Source: Polyangiales bacterium (lineage in GTDB: Bacteria > Myxococcota_A > Polyangia > Polyangiales > Polyangiaceae). From it: a stretch of DNA of 64,000 nucleotides. The stretch spans positions 32,001-96,000 of the forward strand of contig JBBRNJ010000014.1 in assembly GCA_038230375.1 (NCBI GenBank). The letters run 5' to 3'. Shown here piece by piece: positions 45,708 to 55,829 of the stretch. Each line of letters opens with the position of its first letter. The stretch's first letter is position 1. Below the pieces are notes generated by a model, which saw only the letters and a program-made list of their open reading frames with translations, was not told the DNA's origin and made no database searches. The position numbers and the translations under genes are program-made.

Positions 45708-46772
45708 ATGAGCACTCGGGGCGTATTGGACTGTGATGGCGAAGCGACCGGGGCACCTGGCGCGCGCGTTGCTGGAGGCCGCGAGGATCGCGCGCAGGGG
45801 GCGCTGCTCGGTCTGGCCGTGGGTGATGCGTTCGGGACCACGCTCGAGTTCACGAGTCCCACCGCCGTCCCGTTCGAGACGGCGCTCACGGGCCCTCACG
45901 TGGAAGTGACTGGGGGTGGTCCATTCGCAGTCGAGCGCGGGCAGGTGACGGACGACACGATGATGGCGGTGTGCCTCTGGCGCTCGCTGCGCGCGTGCGG
46001 GCGCTTCTCCCCGGAGGACGTTGCGCCGCGCTATGTCGCGTGGGCGAAGGAGACGTTCGACATCGGCGTGCAGACCGACGCGGCGTTGCGACGCATCGAG
46101 GGCGGCATGTCACCGCTCCTTGCCGGGCGCTCGGTGTGGCTCGCCGCGGAGCGACGCCCAGCGGGGAACGGCTCGCTCATGCGCACGGCGCCCATCGGCG
46201 TCTTCTTCGCGAACGACGCAGAAGCACGCGTGCGCGCCACGGTGATGGACTCGCAGATCACGCACGCGGATCCGCGGTGCATCCTTGCGTGCGCCGCGCT
46301 CAATGGCGCCATCGCAGCCGCGGTGCGTGGAGAGGCCACCTCCGCGAAGAAGGCCTTCGCTGGCGCGCGCGCCGACGTCCAGCAGGCATGCACGCTCCTC
46401 CCGGGAGACCCGGAGGACGCGACCGCGCAGACGGCGATCGAGTCGGATCTCCGCGCGGCCTTCGAGCTGTTGCCTGCGCTCTACACCGAGCAACTCCACA
46501 TGCACAGCATGCAAGGCTTCGTGCGGGTCGCTCTGCGTCTTGCCTTCTTCGAGCTCGCAGCGGGTCGGCCGTTCGCGCAGGCGCTGACAAACGTCGTGAA
46601 CCGCGGCGGCGATGCGGACACGAACGGCGCGATCACCGGCGCGCTCCTTGGCGCGTTCCAGGGCGAGGCCGCCATCCCCGAGGTGTGGAGGCACACGGTG
46701 CTCTCCGCGCTCGAGACGAGCCCGAAAGGCCCGCTCCGCGACGAGTATCACCCGCGCGCGTTCCGCGAATAG
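45708..46772 (+). CDS. ADP-ribosylglycohydrolase (DraG family)
   Basis: GLAVGDAFG..EF, TDDT, GNGSLMR, THAD, GGDADTNGAITG. Confidence 0.95.
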   Translation: MSTRGVLDCDGEATGAPGARVAGGREDRAQGALLGLAVGDAFGTTLEFTSPTAVPFETALTGPHVEVTGGGPFAVERGQVTDDTMMAVCLWRSLRACGRFSPEDVAPRYVAWAKETFDIGVQTDAALRRIEGGMSPLLAGRSVWLAAERRPAGNGSLMRTAPIGVFFANDAEARVRATVMDSQITHADPRCILACAALNGAIAAAVRGEATSAKKAFAGARADVQQACTLLPGDPEDATAQTAIESDLRAAFELLPALYTEQLHMHSMQGFVRVALRLAFFELAAGRPFAQALTNVVNRGGDADTNGAITGALLGAFQGEAAIPEVWRHTVLSALETSPKGPLRDEYHPRAFRE

Positions 46773-46797
46773 CGGGAGGAGCGCGCTCCGAGCGAGG

Positions 46798-47370
46798 TCA
46801 GGGCGAGGCCGACGTGGACGGGCCCTTCGCGACCTGAGAGAAGGTCGCCTGCGTAGGCGCCTGCTCCTCGAGCGCGGCGAGCGCCTCCGGGTCGACGTGA
46901 CCGTGACGCTCGAGCCACTTGCCGAGCGTGAGGCGGTCCTTGCTGATGCGCTGCGCGCGCGGTGAGCTGCAGCCTTCGCCGCCCTCCGCATAGACCGCGA
47001 GTGGATGTGCGGGACACGCGCGCACGCTCTCACGGATCATGCGCAGCGCCACACGAGCGCCCTTCTCGGGGTCGGCAAGGATGTCCTCACCGGACCAGCC
47101 CTCCACGGTCTTCTTCTTGAACGGAAGGTGGATCTGGAACGCACCGAAGCTCTTGCCCGAGTCGCCGGTGATGGCGGTTCGGAAGGAGCTCTCTCGGAAC
47201 GCGATGGCGACCATGAACGCGGCTGTCTTCTTCTTGTCCTTGTCGTCCTTGAAGATGGGCTCTGCATCGGCGATGGCGGCAGCGGTGCCGAGCGCGAACG
47301 CAGTGTGATCTCTTCCCTGGGGAACGAGCAAGGCACAGTAGGCGAGGACGAACGCGAGGATCATCGTCAT
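46798..47370 (-). CDS. secreted lytic transglycosylase (SLT)-like protein
   Basis: N-terminal hydrophobic segment; RESSF, GAFQI and LAVYAEG match the three SLT motifs. Confidence 0.6.
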   Translation of the reverse strand: MTMILAFVLAYCALLVPQGRDHTAFALGTAAAIADAEPIFKDDKDKKKTAAFMVAIAFRESSFRTAITGDSGKSFGAFQIHLPFKKKTVEGWSGEDILADPEKGARVALRMIRESVRACPAHPLAVYAEGGEGCSSPRAQRISKDRLTLGKWLERHGHVDPEALAALEEQAPTQATFSQVAKGPSTSASP

Positions 47371-47606
47371 CCTGCGATCTCCTCGTGAGAGCCACGAGGG
47401 CGCGTCGGGACGGCGGCACTCATGCGCCCAGACTTAAGCGGTTCGAGCTTCAATTCAAGGCTCTTGCGTTGGAGAGCATCATGCCAAACGCGTAAGCGGA
47501 ATGATGATCGACAGTTGACCTCCCGCACACGCGCGAACTTTTTTGATGCGCACATGTTGCGCGTTCGTGTGCTCGCGCGCGTTCCAGCTTCGTCAAGGAT
47601 GAGGCG

Positions 47607-49238
47607 TCACAGCTGATAGGGGTAGGCAACGCGCGTGGGCGCGGCCCACGTCTCCTTCACCGTCCGCGGTGATGCCCAGCGCAGCAAATTGAACGCGGCG
47701 CCCGCCTTGTCGTTCGTGCCGGAGCCACGCGCGCCGCCGAATGGCTGCTGTCCAACCACGGCGCCTGTGGGCTTGTCGTTCACGTACAGGTTGCCTGCCG
47801 CCTGCCGCAAGACGTGAGCTGCCTTCGCGATCGGCGCGCGGTCACGCGAGAAGATCGCGCCTGTGAGCGCGTACGGGCTGGTCTCGTCGATGAGGCGCAA
47901 CACGGCGTCGTCTGCGCCGGGCTTTGCATCGTCGTAGATGTGGATGGAGAGCATGGGGCCGAAGAGCTCCTCCGCCAGGATCGGATGCGCGGGGTCTTCC
48001 ACCTCTATGAGAGTGGGGCCGCAGAACCATCCCTCGGCCTTCGACCACGCGCCCTCATACAGCACGGTGCACGCGCGATCGTGGTTCGCGCGATCGAGCC
48101 AGCCGCCGAGTCGGGTGTACGCGCGCTCGTTGATCACGGCGCCCATGAAGTGACTGAAGTTCGTGACGTCGCCCACGGTGAGGGCCTGGGTCTCCGCGAT
48201 GAGCCGGTCCTTCACGCGACCCCACATGGAACGCGGGAGGTAGGCCCGCGACGCCGCGCTGCATTTCTGACCCTGGAACTCGAACGCGCCGCGCACCAGC
48301 GCCGTGACGAGCGCGGACTCGTCCGCCGACGGATGCGCGTACACGAAGTCCTTGCCGCCGGTCTCGCCCACGAGCCGCGGATAGGTGCGGTAGCTGGCGA
48401 TGCGCTCGCCGACCGTCTTCCAGATCGACTGGAAGACCTTCGTGGAGCCAGTGAAGTGCACGCCAGCGAGCTTCGGATGTGCCAGGCACTCCGCGGCGAC
48501 CAGCGCGCCATCGCCGTACACCACGTTGATGACTCCGGGCGGAAGGCCCGCCGCCTCGAACAGGCGCATCAGGTGATAGGCGCCAAGGCTCTGGTCCTCT
48601 GCCGGCTTCCACACGACCACGTTGCCGAGCAGCGCCGGCGCCGTGGGGAGGTTGCCAGCGATCGCAGTGAAGTTGAATGGCGTGACGGCGAAGATGAATC
48701 CCTCGAGCGGGCGCAGCTCCAGCGCGTTCTGCATGCCCGGTGATGAGAGGGGCTGCTCCGCCAGGCGCGAAGCGAACGCGACATTGAAGCGCAGAAAATC
48801 GATGAGCTCGCACGCCGCGTCGATCTCCGCCTGGAATGCGGTCTTGCTCTGCCCGAGCATCGTCGCCGCGTTGAGGATCTGGCGCCACGGGCCCGCAAGC
48901 AGGTCAGCCGCGCGCGAGAAGATCCGTGCGCGCTCGTCGAACGGCATCGCAGCCCATGCAGGCTGCGCAGCAATGGCCGCGTCGATCGCGCGCTGGGCCA
49001 CACCCTTGGTCGCGCCGAACACCTTCGCGCGCACCCGCGCATGTGCGTGTGGCTCCCGCACGTCGAACAACGCGCCCTCGTGGACGGCGCGCCCAGCGAT
49101 GACGTGTGGCACCTCCGGGCATTCGCTCCGCATCGTGGCGAGCGCGGCCTCCAGCTCCGCACGCTCGGGCGAGCCCTTCGCGTAGTGAAGGACGGGTTCG
49201 TTCTGGGGCAGCGCGCGCGGGGTGGGGATGTCCAGCAT
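47607..49238 (-). CDS. pruA: L-glutamate gamma-semialdehyde (P5C) dehydrogenase
   Basis: QAEIDAACELIDF, PFNFTAI, HFTGST, GETGGKD, FQGQKCSA, EELFGP, PFGGAR.SGTNDK. Confidence 0.95.
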   Translation of the reverse strand: MLDIPTPRALPQNEPVLHYAKGSPERAELEAALATMRSECPEVPHVIAGRAVHEGALFDVREPHAHARVRAKVFGATKGVAQRAIDAAIAAQPAWAAMPFDERARIFSRAADLLAGPWRQILNAATMLGQSKTAFQAEIDAACELIDFLRFNVAFASRLAEQPLSSPGMQNALELRPLEGFIFAVTPFNFTAIAGNLPTAPALLGNVVVWKPAEDQSLGAYHLMRLFEAAGLPPGVINVVYGDGALVAAECLAHPKLAGVHFTGSTKVFQSIWKTVGERIASYRTYPRLVGETGGKDFVYAHPSADESALVTALVRGAFEFQGQKCSAASRAYLPRSMWGRVKDRLIAETQALTVGDVTNFSHFMGAVINERAYTRLGGWLDRANHDRACTVLYEGAWSKAEGWFCGPTLIEVEDPAHPILAEELFGPMLSIHIYDDAKPGADDAVLRLIDETSPYALTGAIFSRDRAPIAKAAHVLRQAAGNLYVNDKPTGAVVGQQPFGGARGSGTNDKAGAAFNLLRWASPRTVKETWAAPTRVAYPYQL

Positions 49239-49357
49239 GAGGACCCGAATCATACGCAAGAATCAGAACAAAGAAGAAGAGCGCCCGTGATGCGCGCTTC
49301 TTCATCGTGCCTTTCGTGTCAACCCCTCGCCTTCGCGTCTACCCCAGCGACGCCGAC

Positions 49358-49663
49358 TCAGCGACGACCGCGTTCGCCGCGGCGACCACCGCCACCGTCG
49401 CCGCCACCGCCACTGCGGCGCTCCTCGGCCTCGGTGACGCGCAGGGGACGACCATCGAGCATCGAGCCGTGCATGGCCTCGATCGCGCGCGTCGCCGCGT
49501 CCTTGTCACCCATCGTCACGAAGCCGAAGCCGCGCGATTGGCCGCTCTCACGGTCGGTAACGACGTGCACGTCCGTCACCTGGCCGTGCGGCTCGAAGGC
49601 CACGCGGAGGGAGTCCAGCGTGGTGCGGAAAGAGAGATTGCCCACGTGAAGTCGGTTGCTCAT
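49358..49663 (-). CDS. RRM RNA-binding protein with Gly/Arg-rich tail
   Basis: RNP2 LHVGNL, RNP1 RGFGFVTM. Confidence 0.95.
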   Translation of the reverse strand: MSNRLHVGNLSFRTTLDSLRVAFEPHGQVTDVHVVTDRESGQSRGFGFVTMGDKDAATRAIEAMHGSMLDGRPLRVTEAEERRSGGGGDGGGGRRGERGRR

Positions 49664-49685
49664 GTCACCACTCGGTTGGTGCGCC

Positions 49686-51212
49686 TCAGCGCGTCTTCCG
49701 CGACTGGCTCGCCAGCATCGCGAGCACCAGCAAACCCGCGAGCGCGGCGACGACGACGACGGCGAGAAGGCGACCGCGCTTTCCGGTGCTCACGTGGATG
49801 CGAGCGGTGACGGGGGAGGTCGAGGTCGGGGGGGAGGTCGGGGTCGAGGTCGAGGTGGAGGTGGAGGTGGAGGTCGAGGTGAAGGTCGAGGTCGAGGTCG
49901 GGTTGGCGCTTGTCGGTGACGATGCGGGCGGTGCGTTGTCTGGATTCATCGCGCGCGTGGAGAGCGGGACTGGCGGGGTCTCGGTTGCGATCTTGCTTGG
50001 TGTCGGCGCGCCAAGGACCTCTGCCGCTTCGCGGATCACGACGGCCTCTTGCGACTGGCTCGCGTCCGCGCCCAGGAGATCCGTCAGCGATGCCGACTCT
50101 GGCGGGATTGGCGTGAACTGCGGGAGCTTCATTGGCTTGAAGCCAGCGGGACCCGTTGGTTCGTGCAACGTCGATGCGTCCGGTACGGGGACCGGCGGCG
50201 GGATCGTTCGCGTGAAGTCGCGCTGGCGCTGCGTGGCGCGCGTGAGCCATTCGCGCTGCTTTGCTTCTTCGCCGGCGAAGGCATCACGCATGTACGTTGC
50301 GAGCGCCTCTGCCATGTTGCTCTCGGCGTGCTCGGTCACGAACGCATCCAGGTCCCTGCGCATGTCCTCCGCGGTCGCGTAGCGCTCGTCGGGATCGACC
50401 TTGAGCGCGCGCTCGAGGATCTTGAAGAGCGCGTCGGGGTAGGTGAGCACGTGCTCGCGCGCGTCCGGCACCTCCGCCTTCCGGATCGCCTCCACGGTCT
50501 CGCGATCGGTATCGCGCTTGAAGAGTCGCTTGCCCGTGCCGAGCTCCCAGAGCGTGATGCCGAGCGAGTACACGTCCACGCGCCGGTCGAGCGTCCCGAG
50601 CCGCGCCTGCTCCGGCGCGAGGTAGGGGATCTTCCCCTTCACGATGCCCTCCTCGCTTGTCGCCTTGCGGCGGCGGGCCTTCGCGAGCCCGAAGTCGATG
50701 AGCTTCACGCGCCCGTCGTAGAGCAAGAACACGTTGCTCGGATTCACGTCGCGGTGGATGACGGAGAGCGGCTCGCCGTCGTCGTCCTTGATCTCGTGCG
50801 CGGAGTGCACGCCCTCCGCCACACGCGCGCAGATCCATGCGCCGAGCGTGAGCGGCATACGCGTCCGCTCCTTGTGGCAGATCTCCCATGCGTCCACGAG
50901 CGGCCGCCCCAGGAGCAGCTCCATCGCGATGTAGCGGTGCGCGCCCACGCTGCCGTACTCGTGCGTGTGGATCACGTTCGGGTGCGCGAGCTTCTTGAGG
51001 ATGCGCGCCTCGTCCAGGAACATGTCGATGAAGGCGGCGTTGTCGTAGTACTCGTCGCTCATCACCTTGAGCGCGACGAGAGCACCGTCGTCCTTCGGGT
51101 CCGCGCCGATGCGCTTGCCCCGGTGCACCGTGGCCATGCCTCCGCCCGCGATCTTGGCGCACACTTCATAGTGGCCAAGGACAGGAGGAAGAGGGACGCG
51201 CCGTGCTGTCAT
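49686..51212 (-). CDS. Ser/Thr protein kinase with C-terminal TM helix
   Basis: GGMATV, ALK, HRDVNPSN, DFG, GKIPYLAPE; Thr-Ser repeat linker. Confidence 0.93.
   Translation of the reverse strand: MTARRVPLPPVLGHYEVCAKIAGGGMATVHRGKRIGADPKDDGALVALKVMSDEYYDNAAFIDMFLDEARILKKLAHPNVIHTHEYGSVGAHRYIAMELLLGRPLVDAWEICHKERTRMPLTLGAWICARVAEGVHSAHEIKDDDGEPLSVIHRDVNPSNVFLLYDGRVKLIDFGLAKARRRKATSEEGIVKGKIPYLAPEQARLGTLDRRVDVYSLGITLWELGTGKRLFKRDTDRETVEAIRKAEVPDAREHVLTYPDALFKILERALKVDPDERYATAEDMRRDLDAFVTEHAESNMAEALATYMRDAFAGEEAKQREWLTRATQRQRDFTRTIPPPVPVPDASTLHEPTGPAGFKPMKLPQFTPIPPESASLTDLLGADASQSQEAVVIREAAEVLGAPTPSKIATETPPVPLSTRAMNPDNAPPASSPTSANPTSTSTFTSTSTSTSTSTSTPTSPPTSTSPVTARIHVSTGKRGRLLAVVVVAALAGLLVLAMLASQSRKTR
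49816..49899. repeat. degenerate GAGGTC hexamer tract encoding a Thr-Ser linker
   Basis: About 14 imperfect units inside the kinase gene. Confidence 0.85.
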
Positions 51213-51229
51213 GCTCCTCTTGCTTCGCC

Positions 51230-52345
51230 CTACTTGACCGGGAAGAGCTCGCGGTTCTTCCACGCGGGGAGCTCCCGCATGTCGGCCCAGACCTCGCGGG
51301 CGCTGGTGTAGCGGAACGCCTCGCGGCGCCGCAGCATCTTCGCGATCAGCATGCCGAACGGCGTGCCCAGCGCCTCTGCGCGGCCACGAGGAATGCCCTC
51401 CGACACGATGCGCACCAGTTCGTTGTAGGGTGCATCCTTCGTGATGGCGGGCTCGCCCGTGAGCATCCAGTAGAGCAAGAGGCCCACCTGGTAGAGGTCG
51501 CTCTGCTTGCTGGTGTAGCCGGTGGCCAGGATCTCGGGCGCCATGATCGCGTGGTGCACCACGTTGGGCCTGATGGCCGGCTTGCCGCGTAGCTCATGGC
51601 TGATGCCGAAGTCGCTGATCTTCACGACGGGCCGGTCGTCGGTGTGCGAGATGAGGACGTTGCCGCCGTGGAGATCGTCGTGGACGACGTCGTTGTCGTG
51701 GAGGAACTGCACGGCGGCCAGCAGCTGGCGGGCGAGCTCGCAGACCAGGCCCTCGCGCATGACGGTGCCGAGCATGTCCGTGAGCGCGTGATCGCATCGC
51801 TCCAGCGCGATGTAGAAGAGGTTGTTCTGCTCGAACGCGTCGTGGATGTAGACGATGTTCGGGTGGCGCAGAACGTTGAGCCGCGACTGCTCGCGCGACC
51901 ATTCGCCGTGGACCTCTGCGTAGGGCCGGTTCGCGGGGCGAACCATCTTCACCGCGTAGATCTGGTCGAACGGGCCCATGGCCTCGTATACGGCGCCGAA
52001 CTCACCCGCGCCGATGACCCTTGTGATCTCGTAGCTGCCGCGCGGCGAGACAAGCGTGCTGCCGCGCTGCGGATACTGCACTGTCAGCACCTGCGGTGAT
52101 GGCGCGCCGCTGGGCATCTGAGACATCTGGCCAGTGACCCCAGGCATCTGACCAGTCTGACCAGGAAGCGGGCCCTGCTGGACCAGGGGTACGGCCGGCC
52201 CCGAAGGCGCGGGCTGTGGCGCGTTCGACGGCACGTTCCCGCTCGGCGGGGCCGCGTAGGGGCCGCGCGGATATTGCGGCACGAACCCGGGCTGGGGCGC
52301 CGGAGGATTCGGACCATGCGAAACGGGGCGCTTGGTATCGCTCAC
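51230..52345 (-). CDS. cytoplasmic protein kinase with atypical catalytic loop
   Basis: GAGEFGAVY, AVK, HPNIV, HDDLHGGN, DFG, MAPE, SDLYQVG; Pro/Gln-rich N-terminus. Confidence 0.88.
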   Translation of the reverse strand: MSDTKRPVSHGPNPPAPQPGFVPQYPRGPYAAPPSGNVPSNAPQPAPSGPAVPLVQQGPLPGQTGQMPGVTGQMSQMPSGAPSPQVLTVQYPQRGSTLVSPRGSYEITRVIGAGEFGAVYEAMGPFDQIYAVKMVRPANRPYAEVHGEWSREQSRLNVLRHPNIVYIHDAFEQNNLFYIALERCDHALTDMLGTVMREGLVCELARQLLAAVQFLHDNDVVHDDLHGGNVLISHTDDRPVVKISDFGISHELRGKPAIRPNVVHHAIMAPEILATGYTSKQSDLYQVGLLLYWMLTGEPAITKDAPYNELVRIVSEGIPRGRAEALGTPFGMLIAKMLRRREAFRYTSAREVWADMRELPAWKNRELFPVK

Positions 52346-52421
52346 GCAACCAACGACGTTACCAGACTCCCGCCCTTTTGTTCAGGCGTAGAAACTCGAT
52401 CTTGGACTACCATCGCGCGCC

Positions 52422-55157
52422 GTGACCACAGCCACCACCGGCGCCACCACCGGCTCGCCCACCGCCACGAACCAGAAGACGGCCGAGCACATACGCCTCG
52501 ACGAGGCCGCCGCCGGCAAGCGCTGGCGCAGATTCGGCACCTACCTCTCCGAGCGTCAGTGGGGGACGGTGCGCGAGGACTACTCGGCGAACGGCGATGC
52601 GTGGGGCAGCTTCCCGCACGAGCACGCCCGCTCACGAGCCTATCGCTGGGGTGAAGACGGGCTCATGGGGTTGTGCGACAACCGCGGTCTCTTCAACGTG
52701 TCGGTCGCGCTGTGGAACGGGAAGGACCCGTACCTGAAGGAGCGGCTGTTCGGTCTCTCGGGGCCAGAGGGCAATCACGGCGAGGACGTGAAGGAGGTCT
52801 TCTATTACGTCGATGCGGTGCCTACGTGTGCGTACGCGCGCGGCCTCTACGTCTACCCGCAGGCGGAGTTTCCATACGACGCCCTCCGCAAGATGAGCGC
52901 GGAGCGAAGCCGCGAGCAGCCCAGCCCAAGGCTGCAAGAGACGGGCGTGTTTGCCGACCAGCGCTACTTCTCGCTCGAGGTCGAGTACGCGAAGCACGAC
53001 TGGGACGACATCGTCTGCAAGTGGACCGTGAAGAACCACGGCGCCGAGCCCGCGACCATCGACGTCCTGCCCACGTTCGTCTTCCGCAACACCTGGGCGT
53101 GGTCGGTGCCCGCGAAGGATCAGACCGCCGCGCTGATCGCCCAGCGACCCGAGCTCCGCGCCGTGGCACCGCTGCCGACCGCGCAGGTCATCTGCGCGCG
53201 CGAGGCGTTCCTTGGCACGTTCTACATCTACGCGGAAGAGGACACGGAGCTCCTCTTCACCGAGAACGACACGAACCAGCGCAAGCTCTACGATGTTCCG
53301 AACCGCTCCAGCTTCAGCAAGGACGCGTTCCACGAGTACATCGTGAAGAACGACCGCCACGCGGTGAACCCCGCGCGCAGCGGCACCAAGGCGGCCGTGC
53401 ACAAGCGGGTGACCCTGGCTGCCGGTGAGTCGCGCTCGTTCTACGCGCGCGTCACGTGGAAGAAGGAGACCGATCCGTTCGCGGGTGTCGAGGAGCTCTT
53501 CACGAAGCGCCGCGGCGAAGCGGACGAGTTCTACGCGTCCGTGGCTCCCGTGGAGCTCGACGAGCCAGAGCGTCGCGTGATGCGCGAGTCGTTCGCCGGG
53601 CTCCTCTGGTGCAAGCAGTATTACAACTTCGACGTGGAGCGCTGGCTCCGCGGTGACGAAGGTCAGCCACCGCCGCCGGCGGAACGGAAGGCCGGACGCA
53701 ACCGCGAATGGCGACACCTCTACAACAGCGAGGTGCTCTCCATGCCCGACAAGTGGGAGTACCCCTGGTACGCAGCGTGGGACCTGGCGTTCCACGCGAT
53801 CCCCATGGCGCTGATTGATCCGGACTTCGCGAAGAACCAGCTCTCGCTGCTATTGCGTGAATGGTACATGCATCCAAACGGGCAGCTCCCCGCATACGAG
53901 TGGAGCTTCTCGGACGTGAACCCGCCGGTGCACGCGTGGGCCGCGCTGCGCGTCTACCAGATCGACCGACGCATCACGGGCAAGTCGGACCGCCAGTTCC
54001 TGGAGAGCGTCTTCCACAAGCTGATGCTGAACTTCACCTGGTGGGTGAACCGAAAGGACGCCGCGGGAAACAACGTGTTCCAGGGCGGCTTCCTCGGGCT
54101 CGACAACATTGGCGTGTTCGATCGCTCGAACGCGAAGCTGCCGCAGGGCGGTGAGCTGGAGCAGGCTGACGCGACGTCGTGGATGGGCATGTACTGCCTG
54201 AACTTGCTTGCGATCGCGCTGGAGCTGGCGGAGGAGAACAAGAGCTACCAGGACGTGGCGAACAAGTTCTTCGAGCACTTCCTGCTCATCTCGCACGCCA
54301 TGAACGACACGGCGGCGGAGACCAAGCTCTGGGACGAGCAAGACGGCTTCTTCTACGACGTGCTGCACCTTCCCGGAGGCGCCGCGGTGCCCATGAAGCT
54401 GCGCTCCATGGTGGGGCTCATTCCGCTCTTCGCGGTGGAGTCACTCGAGGCCACGGATCTGGACAAGTTCCCGGAGTTCGTGAAGCGCGCGCGCTGGTTC
54501 ATCTCGAACCGTCCGGAGCTCGCGGGCTCGGCCATGTGGATCGATCGCGACGGCACGCGCGGTCGCCGTCTGCTCTCCATCCTGAGCCGCAATCGCCTCG
54601 CACGGGTCCTGTCGCGCGTGCTCGACGAGACCGAGTTCCTCTCGCCCTACGGCGTGCGCGCGCTCTCACGTGCTCACGCCGCGGCGCCGTACGAGGTGGA
54701 GCTCGAGGGCGCGAAGTACCGCGTGGAGTACGAGCCCGGCGAGTCGCGCTCGGGTCTCTTCGGCGGCAACTCGAACTGGCGCGGGCCGGTGTGGTTCCCG
54801 GTGAACTTCCTGATCATCGAGTCGCTGCAGCGCTATCACCACTACTACGGCGACGACTTCCGCGTGGAGTGCCCCGTCGGCTCCGGAAAGTACATGAACC
54901 TCTGGGAGGTGGCGTCCGAGCTCTCGCGCCGCCTGTGCTCGCTCTTCCTGCCGAACGCGGAGGGCGTGCGTCCCGCGGACGGCAAGGACAGGCTCGCCGA
55001 TCCATTCTTCTACGAGCACCCGCTGTTCTACGAGTTCTTCCACGGCGACGACGGCTCCGGCCTTGGCGCGTCTCACCAGACGGGCTGGACCGCGCTCGTC
55101 GCGAAGCTCCTCCAGCAGAAGCCCCTCTGGGGCAACGCACCACCGCCCGGGACATGA
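52422..55157 (+). CDS. GH63 / MGH1-like glucosidase
   Basis: ERQWGTVREDYS, RAYRWGEDG, MPDKWEYPWYAAWDLAFH, GGNSNWRGPVW, GASHQTGWT. Confidence 0.92.
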   Translation: MTTATTGATTGSPTATNQKTAEHIRLDEAAAGKRWRRFGTYLSERQWGTVREDYSANGDAWGSFPHEHARSRAYRWGEDGLMGLCDNRGLFNVSVALWNGKDPYLKERLFGLSGPEGNHGEDVKEVFYYVDAVPTCAYARGLYVYPQAEFPYDALRKMSAERSREQPSPRLQETGVFADQRYFSLEVEYAKHDWDDIVCKWTVKNHGAEPATIDVLPTFVFRNTWAWSVPAKDQTAALIAQRPELRAVAPLPTAQVICAREAFLGTFYIYAEEDTELLFTENDTNQRKLYDVPNRSSFSKDAFHEYIVKNDRHAVNPARSGTKAAVHKRVTLAAGESRSFYARVTWKKETDPFAGVEELFTKRRGEADEFYASVAPVELDEPERRVMRESFAGLLWCKQYYNFDVERWLRGDEGQPPPPAERKAGRNREWRHLYNSEVLSMPDKWEYPWYAAWDLAFHAIPMALIDPDFAKNQLSLLLREWYMHPNGQLPAYEWSFSDVNPPVHAWAALRVYQIDRRITGKSDRQFLESVFHKLMLNFTWWVNRKDAAGNNVFQGGFLGLDNIGVFDRSNAKLPQGGELEQADATSWMGMYCLNLLAIALELAEENKSYQDVANKFFEHFLLISHAMNDTAAETKLWDEQDGFFYDVLHLPGGAAVPMKLRSMVGLIPLFAVESLEATDLDKFPEFVKRARWFISNRPELAGSAMWIDRDGTRGRRLLSILSRNRLARVLSRVLDETEFLSPYGVRALSRAHAAAPYEVELEGAKYRVEYEPGESRSGLFGGNSNWRGPVWFPVNFLIIESLQRYHHYYGDDFRVECPVGSGKYMNLWEVASELSRRLCSLFLPNAEGVRPADGKDRLADPFFYEHPLFYEFFHGDDGSGLGASHQTGWTALVAKLLQQKPLWGNAPPPGT

Positions 55158-55792
55158 GCGGCAAGACGAGCGGGGCCAGCGGAGTCGACCGTCGGAAGCA
55201 AGTGCCACGCGCTGCGTTCGACGACGCCTACTACGGTCGCTACTACGAGTCCGACAGCACGCGCGTCTACGGCCACGCGGAGCAAGAGAAGCTCGCGGTG
55301 GGCGTCGTGTCGCTTGCGTCGTACTGGGGGATGGAGGTGCGCACCGTGCTCGACGTCGGCGCAGGCACGGGGCAGATGCGCCAGGTGTTCGGACGCAAGT
55401 GGCCGCACATCCGCTACGTGGCCACGGAGTCGAGCGCGTTCGCGTGTCGCAAGTACGGGCTCGATCGGTTGGACATCACGAAGGAGCACTGGAACAGCAG
55501 GTTCGACCTGGTGATCTGCCAGGGCGTGCTGCCCTACCTCCCGAACGACGGCGTGACGTCCGCCGTCACGAACATCGCGGCGATGGCGGCGGGCTTTCTG
55601 TACGTGGAGTCGATCACGAAGAAGGACATCCGCGACGTGGTCGACAAGAAGAAGACGGACCTCGCGGTGTTCACGCGCCGCGGAGCCTTCTACGAGTCGC
55701 GCCTGCAGAAGCCGTTCCTGAAGCTCGGAGCGGGGATGTATTATACACGTAAAGGCCCGCTGACGTTCTACGAGCTGGAGACGAGCAGGTAG
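55154..55792 (+). CDS. class I SAM-dependent methyltransferase
   Basis: VLDVGAGTG, FDLVICQGVLPYL; ATGA overlap with the glucosidase stop. Confidence 0.85.
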   Translation: MSGKTSGASGVDRRKQVPRAAFDDAYYGRYYESDSTRVYGHAEQEKLAVGVVSLASYWGMEVRTVLDVGAGTGQMRQVFGRKWPHIRYVATESSAFACRKYGLDRLDITKEHWNSRFDLVICQGVLPYLPNDGVTSAVTNIAAMAAGFLYVESITKKDIRDVVDKKKTDLAVFTRRGAFYESRLQKPFLKLGAGMYYTRKGPLTFYELETSR

Positions 55793-55829
55793 GGGAGCTA
55801 GCTCCCGTCGGTGCCCGACCATCGCTCCT

